A model generated the notes under the pieces. It was not told the DNA's origin. It saw only the letters and a list, made by a program, of their open reading frames with translations, and ran no database searches. Made by a program: the position numbers and the translations under genes. A DNA stretch of 64,000 nt, taken from Torpedo marmorata (lineage: Eukaryota). The stretch's first letter is position 1. Each line of letters starts with the position of its first letter. The stretch is taken from contig OZ360230.1 in NCBI GenBank assembly GCA_977017645.1, forward strand, positions 38,626,001 to 38,690,000. Direction: 5' to 3'. This document shows, in pieces, positions 1 through 10,283 of the stretch.

Positions 1-280
1 GGCAGCCAATTTGCATTCAGCAAGCTCCCACAAGCAATAATGTGACAATGACAAGATGACTGTTATAAAGATGCTGACTGAAGGATCTACCATCAATAGC
101 TCACACAATCTGCTGGAGGAATTCAGCGGGTGAAGTAGCATCAGTGGGAGAAAAAGAATGGTCAACATTTGGAGCCAAAACTCTTCAGCGGGACTCACCA
201 ACAACTATCTTGATTTTCTTTGAAATAACACCTGGAAGAGCAGATAGCACCTTGGGGTAATGTCTCAACCAAAAGATACC

Positions 281-534
281 GAAATGCTGGAGGAACTCAG
301 CTGGTCTTTTCAGCATCTATAGGAGACAAAGATATATTGCCGACATTTCAGGCCTGAGCCCTTCTTCAAGGAAAAATCAGAAACCTTTTCTGATTTTTAC
401 TTGAAGAAGGGCTCAGGCCTGAAACGTCAGCAATATATCTTTGTCTCCTATAGATGCTGAAAAGACCAGCTGAGTTCCTCCAGCATTTCGGTGTGTTTAC
501 TACAATCACAGCGTTTGCAGCCTATCCTGTTTCA
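281..534. mobile_element. Short fold-back (inverted) Penelope-like element 3'-end insertion with hammerhead motif in both arms
   Basis: About 105-bp near-perfect inverted arms centred near 384; right arm about 42 nt longer; flanked by 17-bp direct repeat ctcaa(c/t)caaaagatacc (264-280, 535-551); arms are homologous to the 3' end of the PLE at 62700-62873. Confidence 0.85.
401..428 (+). ncRNA. Minimal hammerhead ribozyme-like motif (PLE type)
   Basis: TTGAAGA-A-GGGC TCAG GCCT-GAAAC-GTC: core variant of CUGANGA, stem II, GAAA, palindromic ACGT and GUC triplet. Confidence 0.6.
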
Positions 535-2112
535 CTCAATCAAAAGATACCACCTTCAAAAGTTCAGCATTGTCTCTGCTCTTCACTAAAGCATTAGCTG
601 TTTGGAATGTTTTTTTTAAAACAAGCCCTTGGTGATCTTAATTACTCATTCTTTGAATCAGTTTTCTTTTCATCTTCCATCTCTGAATCAACTCAGAACA
701 TTTATTTACAACTTCAGAACATGTGCATTATATACTTCATGGTTGGTGGTGATGAAGAAGATGACGATTAACAACAATGCCTGGAGGGGAATAGTTCCAC
801 AGGGAATATCACATGAGGATAAAGATGTCGGAAGGCATCCGAGTGGAGAGAGGAAAGGGAATTGCAAAGACTTAGGCATTATTCAAATTTGGCAGCACTC
901 CCCTGAAAGGTGACATGTTATACAAACACTCAATGAAATCTTCATTATATCAACAAATGATCCAATCAGCCCTTCTGACTTCTGGCCAGATTAACTACAA
1001 TTTCATTCGGAATCCACAACCAGTTTTGACATTCTGCCCATGGCTGCTGTCCATGTTGTGAGTTGGGATTGTGTAAAGTTGCAATTACACAAATGCATGT
1101 CAATATATTTATTTTTTCCCTTTAGGTGGGGGTGGGGTTGGGGGGAAGGGTTTGCACAGAAAGTACATATTGTACCTCCTGAAATATGTTGACAATTCTG
1201 AATGATCTGTTATTATTATGTATTATTAAAATAAATCCTGCCAGAATAAATGCTTCAACAGCTGAAACTCAGATTATTTATATTGGCAATCAGAGTAATA
1301 ACTCACCATTTCTATATTATTAAAGTAGAGAAATTTATCAAGACATTATTGAAAAGTTGTTAACACTGGTTTCCCTTGTGGCCGGCAGCACAGTATCACC
1401 ATGTACCCCCAACACTTCAATCATCTATCACCCAGTTCTCCAGATGGCCTATCATCTTTATCACTCCCAGGTTGGTGACATCACCTGTTTTCCCATCTGA
1501 AATTGATGATGAAAGCAAACAGATCTATCTTGCTTACATTTACCAAATCAATTTAATTTTACAGGCCCAGAGTTGGTGGCATATTGACAGTTTGTGTTAA
1601 TGGAACCTACTGTGTTTAGTGCCTGGAAGAGACCTCTTTAAATATCAACCTTGCATAATGTGGCATTTCATAATAAATTTTTTTACAACATATTTACTTA
1701 ATGGAAGGAATTATGGCTCCCTGTCAGAGCAGCAATTAAACATATCGAGGACTTTTCAAGTTCTTATCTTTCTTCCTCCTCCTTTAGTCAAAAATATATT
1801 TATCTCTCTTCTTCCTCCCGCGGGGCCAGTGTCTCATAACTGCTCTAAGTGCATCGAAGTAAAGTTACCATAAATTAAAGCCTCTATAAAAAAATTGAAA
1901 AAGTTATTTTCATTCCTGGGACAGTCAGTTATAAACAAAGTAATGAGATGACAGTTGTCTACTAAACATGTTGAGATAACTAGAAATGCAAGGGCAGAGT
2001 CAACATATTGAAATGACCATATTGATACTTTTGAATTTAAAATTATACTAGGGCAAGAATTATCTTTGGAAAATAATTATTTCATTAAAACCCCAAAGGA
2101 TTCCTTACTGTT

Positions 2113-2380
2113 GGGTGGCACGGTTAGCGTAGCAGTTAGCGCAATGCTGTTACAGCGCCAGCGATCGGGACAGGGGTTCGAATCCCACGCTGTCTACAAG
2201 GAGTTTGTACATTCTCCCCGTGTCTGCGTGGGTTTTCCCCGGGGGCTGCAGTTTCTTCCCACCCTTCAAAACGTACCAGGGGTTGTAGGTCAATTGGGTG
2301 TAATTTGGCAGCACGGGCTTATGGGCGAAAGGGACTGTTACCGTGCTGTAAGTCCAAATTTTAAATTTTAAATTTTAAAA
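2113..2380 (+). mobile_element. tRNA-derived V-SINE (HE1-like)
   Basis: A/B-box-like head (ggcacggttagcgtagc...ggttcgaatccc), V-domain ggagtttgtacattctccccgtgtctgcgtgggtttt, LINE-like tail ending in (tttaaa)n. Confidence 0.85.
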
Positions 2381-2484
2381 TGTTAAATTGTACTTACATG
2401 AGAAAATAAAAAAGTATGCAATTTCACAATTACAGATGAATTAAAGTATGAAACTTGTATCTCAATATGCAAAAACATCCTTCC

Positions 2485-3140
2485 TTTTCTTTTAAAATAT
2501 TTTTATTGAGTTTAACATATACACATGTATACAAAATAATTTTGAGAACACATAAAAAGTCATCTCATATTGATACAAATAAAAGAAAAAAAACCAAATG
2601 GATCTGCATTGACCAGTCCCTGAATTCACATAAGAGACAAGTTATGAATATACTGTAAATTCATGTTAAAGCTCATATTACATATTATTCAACTAAAAAG
2701 AGTAATATAAAAAGAAAAAAAAATACAAACAAAAAAAAACCTAAAAACGAAATCTAATCTAACCCCTCCCTCTATTCAAGGTTACCTTTGTAAGAAAAAA
2801 GGAAAGAAAAAATGGATCAGATAGCGACCTCCAGACATCGGACAGAGAATCTTCTGAACATTAAAGGTTCTTAATTCTTCCGATCATGTTAGCATTCTAT
2901 GAATGGCCCCCACATCTTTAGAAATTGAAATTTTCTATCTTTAATATTGTATCTAATTTTCTCCAAGCTCAAATAAGACATTATATCCTGCAACCACAGT
3001 ATATGGGTAGGTGAGGAATCATCTTTCCATTTCAATAAAATTGCTTGTCTGGCTATCGACGTGGAAAAGGCTAAAACTTTCTCCTAAGATGCAGATAGAA
3101 GTATATTTGGTTCACGTGAAAAACCAAACGGAGCAATCCT
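2485..3140 (-). mobile_element. L1-clade LINE 3' end (ORF2 C-terminus, 3'UTR, polyA signal)
   Basis: Minus-strand translation IAPFG...LAFSTSIARQAILLKWK...WLQDIMSYLSLEKIRY...KMWGPF; AATAAA and A-rich tail near 2490-2507. Confidence 0.8.
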
Positions 3141-3184
3141 CGATTCACTTTTTAACTTAGGTTTTTTTTTCATCGTGGATTAAC

Positions 3185-3553
3185 ATCATGCATTTATAAT
3201 GGTTTATTGGATATAAGATCAGCCTCTATGGCTGGGATTAAGAATGATTGGGAACGTGATTTGAAAACAACATTTTCAGATGAAGATTGATATCTTACTC
3301 TTAGCTTGATTAACGCTTCTTTATTTTGTGCAAGACATTGTTTATTACAATTTAAGGTGGTACATAGAATCCATATGCCCAAACTTAAATTATCTCATTT
3401 TTATGCAGATATTGATCCACTATGTGAGAAGTGTAACATTTTTGAAGCCTCACTGATTTCTATGTTTTGGGAATGCCCAAATTTAGAGAGATTTTGGAAA
3501 GATATTTTCCAAACTTTATCAATGATTTTCAAGATTAAAATAGAACCATGTCC
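3185..3553 (+). mobile_element. Inverted 5' segment of the same L1 (ORF2 zinc-knuckle region)
   Basis: LLQFKVVHR...PLCEKC...MFWECPNLERFW...KIEPCP, which directly precedes the IA(L/P)FG motif that opens the minus-strand segment. Confidence 0.8.
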
Positions 3554-3715
3554 AAAACCAATCTTCCAAGTGAAGCAACATTTCACTTGTGAATCTGCAG
3601 GAGTCATATACTGCATTCGGTGCTCTCGTTGTGGCCTTCTCTACATCGGAGAGACTGGACGCAGACTGGGAGGTTGCTTTGCTGAGCATCTTTGCTCTGT
3701 CCGCATCAATGACAT
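3554..3715 (+). mobile_element. Penelope-like GIY-YIG endonuclease fragment
   Basis: FQVKQHFTCESAGVIYCIRCSRCGLLYIGETGRRLGGCFAEHL, homologous to 62200-62350. Confidence 0.85.
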
Positions 3716-4815
3716 CAACCATGGAAAATTAATTTAAATTTGAAAGTATGCTGTGACTTTAACAATCAGGCTTCAGGATAATTAGTTGCATACTTCACCA
3801 GCACTCCTCTCCGCACCTACCCCATCTCTTTGTTTTACACTCTCCACCCTTTTGGAGTTTTGGAGACCTTCTGAATGCTTGGTAAAACATTATTCATCTC
3901 AACAAGTCCTTGCTTCCATCAAAGCCCCACTGAAGCTTTCCTCCTACCTTCCCATTCTAACTCTTATCAGCATAACTGGTTTCTTCTCCCACATTTGGTT
4001 ATTCCACCATTTCCCTTGAACAATCACAGAAATTGCAGATTTCTACCACTCTTGGTAAAGAAAATATGTACCAAAATTTTGCAACTGAACCACGTTTTCA
4101 ATAACCATACACAAGTTTCACATGTGCAGTCTTAATATATGGGCCAAGACATGATGGAATTCTTAACACACTGATGTAAGATTTAGAACCCTTAAAACTG
4201 GTTAGTGTTGGAATCAGTTAACACAAGTTGAGATAAAACTAGGAAATGCTCATGGCTGGGGCAGAGAGAGGGAGAGAGAATAAAATTATTATGAATAGCA
4301 TGAACCGATTGGAAGGCTTCACTATCATTGGCAGATCTATGACCAAATTTATTAAAAGTCCTTTTCTTCCCTCTTGTTGGTTGTTGCAGTCAATTTCTTT
4401 CTTCCCAATCACTGGGCCACACAGTGTATCAGCACTCAGACTTCACTCTATCCACAGTAACTCCCCACCTCCATGACAAACTGCAAAAAGGTTTGACCTA
4501 TACCCTAGTCCTGTGACCCCGCCCAGACCTTCTTGTTCAATGTGTTCTTCAACTAACAATACCTGATTAGATAATGCTTCGTGCTGGCCTTAAAAATGAG
4601 ATGAAAGCTTAAATTTATGACTACAAATCCAGAATAAGGCAAGTGCACTCTAATCACACTCAATTGATTCCCTGTTGGGCTAAACGTGCCATTTTCATTT
4701 TCAAACTTCATTCTGCTTTCAGTTCATCTTATTTACTATTTGTCATTCCCACTGCTCATCACAGGCAACTCTTTGGTCAGGCGTTTAATTTTTGACCCAA
4801 TCGGTTAACAGATAA

Positions 4816-5015
4816 GAGTGAAACACGAAAGTCTGCAGACGCTGTGATTGTAGTAAAAACACAAAAATGCTGGAGGAACTCAGCAGGTCTTGAAGCAGCC
4901 AAAGGAGGTAAATATATATAACCAACATTTCGAGCCTGAGCTCTTCTTCAAGGTATGTAGGTCTATGGACACTGCGGGGCCTGCTGAATTCCTCCTGCAT
5001 TTTAGTGTTTTTACT
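4816..5015. mobile_element. Short fold-back PLE 3'-end insertion
   Basis: Long minus-strand arm (gagtgaaacacgaaagtctgcagac...cttcttcaagg) plus shorter inverted arm lacking the terminal ~35 nt; TSD degenerate (gtt..agataa). Confidence 0.8.
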
Positions 5016-5070
5016 AAAGTTGTTAGATAACATTAATTGTGAAATCAGATATTGTAACAAAGTGACTTAA

Positions 5071-5302
5071 CCCTTTGGACTCCGTGTCCCTGTATTCAGG
5101 GACTACCAACAAGCACATATACTCTGTGTCCCGGTTTTCAGGGACTACCAACAAGCGCATATACTCCGTGTCCCCGTTTTCCGGGACTGGTTTAATACCC
5201 AACCACCAGCTGGTTCGTACTGGTGTTCATACTGTAGTTTATCCATGGACCCAGTCTGGAGTATATATTATAAAAGGTGAAAAATGGCTGGAGTCCAAAG
5301 GG
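5071..5302. mobile_element. Non-autonomous piggyBac-type MITE
   Basis: 13-bp TIRs CCCTTTGGACTCC / GGAGTCCAAAGGG; TTAA on both sides (5067-5070, 5303-5306); internal 42-bp tandem repeat x2.6 (5079-5188). Confidence 0.88.
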
Positions 5303-5507
5303 TTAAAATATATATTCCACCTTCTGGCTGGGTCCACAGAAGTCTGCTTTGGGTTCAGGTGATGATGTACTGAAGTTATGCAACAATAATAGAAAAAGGT
5401 TCTGCACCTTGAGATTGCAGCAAAGAAATCCCCTCGCTCAGCACGTAAGCAGTTTTGTGCATTTGCATTTCTATTCCTGATGTGAAGTGATATTTCTCTC
5501 TGGATAG

Positions 5508-5750
5508 AATTTAATTTAGACATACAGCACGGTAACAGGCCCTTTCGGCCTACGAGCACGTGCTGACCAATTACATCCAATTGACCTACAACCCCAGTAT
5601 GGTTTGAACGGTGGGAGGAAACCGGAGCACTCGGAGGAAACCCATGCAGACACGGGGGAACGTACAATCTCCTTACAGACAGCGTCTGATTCGAACCCCG
5701 GTCGCTGGCGCTGTAACAGTGTTGCACTAAACTGCTACGCTAACCGTGCC
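5508..5750 (-). mobile_element. V-SINE (HE1-like)
   Basis: Reverse-complement homolog of 2113-2380. Confidence 0.85.
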
Positions 5751-6361
5751 AGAATTGATGAAAATAAGACAGATTCCTTGCGGAAAACCCCTATGTCAGA
5801 AATTGATCTATATTTTAAATTTTATCCAGGTCATTTTATTTCAGACTGGAGTATGACTTCCATTTCTGACTATTTTTACCCAAATGAATCACAAAGAATT
5901 AAATGATCCAAAACCCCACTGTGATTTCTGAAGCAATTTCATCCTCATGGTAATCATTTAAAGAGCAGCAACAGTGAAGGTTATTGATGCCCCCTACTTT
6001 GCCAATATCTTTGTCAATATACCATGCAATGACCTGCATCACACTATCATCATGTAATCAGAGAACATCACAATGGGAAATGCTTTGTAAATTATGATGT
6101 CCTTTCAATGAGAAATATTACATGCCTTTTCTGTCCTGTTTGTTATCTTTGGGAATGTCAAATTGACCCTCGAAGGATTGAATTATTTAATTACAGTGTA
6201 ATTAATGAAGCTTTTTCATTTTGTTTTTCATGATGTAATGATGTAGAGCATGATGAGATGTCTGCACAAACAGCACATAGCATCGTTGTGACAGAACATT
6301 GTTTTGACTTCTTTCCTTCAAAGAAAATCACTTTAAAATTAAATGCCTACTGAAATAGAAC

Positions 6362-6685
6362 CTCTTCTCACTACTCCCTTCAGGCAGGAAGACCAGCACC
6401 TCTAGGTTCTGTTTCTTTTCAACAGCTATCAAGCTCTTGAACCTCCCCTTGTTACACTAATCAGGGACCAACATCACAAAAGGACTGTCTGTACTATTGC
6501 TCAGTCACTTTTTTATACAAGGATAATTGTGAATATTATTATCTATCTATTTTTGTATTTATTATCTTTTTTTAATTCAATTAAGCATTGTAGTTGCTTT
6601 TTTAGTTGTTTTTGCAGTTTTTTTATAATACCTATTCAGCTGCAGAAAGACAAATTTTGGTGCAGAAGTCATTATCATTGTTATG
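6362..6685 (+). mobile_element. Degenerate Rex1/Babar-like LINE 3' remnant
   Basis: ctactcccttcaggcaggaag...ttcttttcaacagctatcaagctcttgaac resembles the LLPSGRR...SFFPxAIRLLN end of the other copies. Confidence 0.55.
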
Positions 6686-9456
6686 TTTGTCTTTGTGTTT
6701 CTTCAATTACTGATGGTTCGCTTGTCTGCTGTGTTCCTCTGTGTTCAGTTCACAAGTGCTGAATACAATTGTTGAATTGCATTGAAATGTGACTTTTTCC
6801 ATATTGTGATGTTTCCTTTTGCAGCTGAGCACTCATTGAGATTACATGATGATGAACTGGTGTATACTCAGCCTTAACTGCCATCCACACGTGAAATAAA
6901 ATCTCTTTTTGTTTCCTAGTTTATCTTCAGAAACAAGTAAACTTTCATCTTGAACCTTCACTTTTACCTGGTTATACAACATCAATCTCACTGAAATGCT
7001 GCATTAAAATGATGATTGTTCAAAAGGAATGGTGCAACACCTTCCAGTTCTGGCAGTGCATTCTCTGATACATATCATTGTATATCCATGTCCCTGCTTG
7101 GCATTTAAATACAAGAAATATTAATTTCTCAGATCATTTAACAGTTTGGAATCTTCTGTGCAATTTCGTTGGCCAGATGGATTTATGCAATATAATCCTG
7201 TGAAGGATATTCAGGTGGTTTGTAAGTCTTCAATTAATGTACGTCCCACTGTATCCTTGTAAACTCTACGGTCCCATGACCATCCAAAATACTTATGCCT
7301 CTCTAATTCCTGCATCTTGATCTTCCTCCAACTTAATTGCTCCCTCAGAGGCGGCTGTCTCTTCAGTTATTGGTGCATTAAACACTCGAATTTCCCTCTT
7401 AAACATTTTGGCCTCTCGATCCCTCTTTCTGCCATTAAGATGTTTCTGAAAACTTACATCTTTGAGCAAACTTTCCTTTTCATTTCATAATATATTGCTG
7501 AAGTATTTTAGAACATTTTTCATTGATTAAAGTTGCTGTATAAATATAAATTGTTATTGTTCCTGCTTTTTAGAATATTTAAGAGCACATATTTAGCATA
7601 ATCTTCTTAGTAGTTAATAGCTGAAATATAAAGATTACCAGGTGTCATTGCTGCATGATATATAACATTTATTTTCTGCATAATAGGAGAATGATACGCT
7701 TATTCAATGTCTTGCATTTGTAAGTACTTTGTAACAATACATGCATCGTAGGTTGTCACTGCAGTGTATAAAGCCAGCAAGTAAACAGTGATCAGTTGGA
7801 TTCAAACAGAAAGTAGATTTATGTTGTGTTGTAAAGGTACCTCAATGAAAGACACCTTCTAATCTGCATTCTATATGTTATTCTTTTTACATATCTTTGG
7901 AAATTGATTTCTAATATTTCAAAAAATAATCGCTGTTTTGTGTTGGACCAATCTACACCTTGTGTCCACCTTCCTCTATACAAATGTCATGGTTGAACTA
8001 ATCTTTTTCAATTAATTAATGCTGGTTGCCATTAACAAAGGACATTATCATTTTAAAATACATAACTGATGTAAAATAATTAAAGTCATTAGTATTAATT
8101 AAAATAAATAAAAACTTCACTTACCTGCACTTACCTTTCTAATCCAGTTGGGTGACCTCATTGAGGCAAATGGGGCTAAGAAATATATGTCTGCCAAAGG
8201 TGGCATAAGGCTGGGGGCCAGATATAAACTGCATCCAATCCCTCACTCAGCAGGTTTAAGTGCTGTCCTTGGAATTAGTGCTGAGCTCTGCAATGTCCCC
8301 ACAGTGAATTGTTGCCTTCCTTGCTACAAAGCTGAGGTATGCAAGAAGCAATAGCCTGACCCATTAGCCTGTGGTCCTCTCCAGAACCATTGGCTGAAAA
8401 GGAGTAAAATCTGGGGCAATAAAGTTGACAAATCAGTGTGCTATGCCGTATGTTGGCAACATATGACAATCAGGAAAAATTGCAAAGAGGCTGGATTCCA
8501 TATTTGAAAAATTAATAAGGATATAAACATAAAGATGCTTGCTTTCCATATGCAGAATGCTATTTTTACCTGGTGGCTTTATTATGATTATATCAAATAA
8601 TTAAACCAGCCATTACGACATGCTGTATTAACAGGTCCACTGCCACATTATTATCAATTGTTAGTTATTACACTATTATATATCTGGAATCAGAAATTGA
8701 TCTTCATACAATGAAGATCTTCAATGATCTTCATACAATCTGCACCAACCATCTAATAATTTTTAGGTTTCTGATCAGTTAATAGGCATTGCTGATGGTA
8801 CATTTAATAAAAACACTGGATATGAAGTGAAATCAGAAAAGAATTGTAGACACAAATTTAGTTTTGGCTTAAGTTATTATGTAATCATTATTGAGGCACA
8901 TCCTCAGCATCGTTTCCAATCGGGTTTTAAGGGTAAACTTTTTCAAATGGGCTCATTTCCAGAAGTATTTGTAGTACTTTAAAGGACCTAAAATACCAGA
9001 TTATTGGTATTAATATTAACCCAATATTAATGGGTTAAATTTTCATCTTGCCATATAAATGACTGCATAAATCAGCTAACTATGATCTCTGGCATCTCTT
9101 TTGTATGGTTGAGCAAGCTGATATATAGATGCAAAGCTTTTTTTATTTCTCTTATAAAAATGATTTGACTGGATAGATGTTAGGATAGCCAATTTTCAAC
9201 ATTAGTTCTACATTCTATACCAAACAAATATGCTTTCCATCAAAGTACCAAATTCAAGTTTTATGCTTCAGTTATAATGAGATATAGAAGACTGTTTAGT
9301 ACACCAACAGAATGACAACATTTGAAACCTAACTACTCTTGGATATTTGTGTTACACATTTGAAAAATACGTTCCAAACCAGAAATTTCTCCAAATAACA
9401 CATACCACTTGGCTGAAACAATGGATATTTGAAACTGATAGAAATTATGTGCTTAC

Positions 9457-9794
9457 TTCCCAGCCTTGAGAAGGATCCTTCAGGCTCGACAATTCTTCTC
9501 CAACATAAGGGCCAAGCTTTTCACCCACTTCAATCTTTCTCTTTGTCCATATTCCTAATCCAGCACCTGGAATGCTTGACTCACGGAGTTCGAATTCTGG
9601 TGGAATGGGAATATCATCAGGAATGTAGATGGGGGCTTTGTAAGGGGAGCCCCCCTTTGGTGTAAAGTCTTCATTAGAAGTGGCAGGTGAGGAAAGGTCA
9701 TGGGCACTGAGGGACAGATGTCCTGTCTCATCATCAGCATTTGGCTCCTCTTCCCCTGCAGCAGCTGGGTATCCATCATACAGGTTGCCATCAC
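9457..9794 (-). CDS. MECOM: MECOM (MDS1-EVI1/PRDM3) coding exon 2: N-terminus and start of PR/SET domain
   Basis: Acceptor tttttctgtttag|GTGATG and donor TGGGAA|gtaagc; 338 nt, phase 1 to 0, open: [112 protein letters not shown]. Residues [32 protein letters not shown] favour MECOM over PRDM16. This frame is absent from the ORF track. Confidence 0.93.
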
Positions 9795-10066
9795 CTAAAC
9801 AGAAAAAGGAATTTGAAATAAAAGAGTTAGTGATTGCAATCCAAAGATCATAGTCAAAATGATGATTTGATATTGCATTGAATCATGAGTGGTTGCTCTA
9901 AAAATAATGAGAATCTCAATCAAAGTTATAGATTATCAATCTGAATATCAACAAATATCTGGGCCTGAAGTGAACAATTGGCAGAGGAAACGTGAGATAA
10001 AGAATGAGACTCAAAATTCTTTTGAGTAGATGGGCATCAACAGTTAATCATCTACTTCATATTCAA

Positions 10067-10283
10067 CAGAAAAACAAAGACTGCAGATGCTGGGATCTTG
10101 AGCTAACAATGAGCTGCTGGAGGAACACAACTGGTCAGGCAGCATCCGTGAGTAGAAATGGTCAGTCAATGTTTCAGGTCGGGGGTTCTGATAAACGGTG
10201 CTGACCCAAAACATTGACTGACCGCTTTTGTGCATAGAATCTGCCTGATTTGCTGAGTTCCTCCAGCAGCTCATTGTTTGCTT
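10067..10283. mobile_element. Short fold-back PLE-related insertion (diverged subfamily)
   Basis: Inverted arms (gagctgctggaggaac...tcagtcaatgtttc / aaacattgactgacc...gttcctccagcagctc); left arm ~34 nt longer; 12-bp TSD cttcatattcaa (10055-10066, 10284-10295). Confidence 0.8.

Noticed and set aside
1128-1150. G-quadruplex motif (four G-runs)
   Set aside because: Isolated low-complexity tract with no supporting context.
2113-2190. tRNA gene
   Set aside because: tRNA-like head continues into V-domain and LINE tail, and repeats elsewhere in the window as a SINE.
5079-5188. CRISPR-like repeat array
   Set aside because: Head-to-tail 42-bp tandem units with no unique spacers, inside a eukaryotic MITE.
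9555-9794. Listed 79-aa [13 protein letters not shown]...
   Set aside because: Wrong frame of the MECOM exon; the real frame is shifted and bounded by splice sites.
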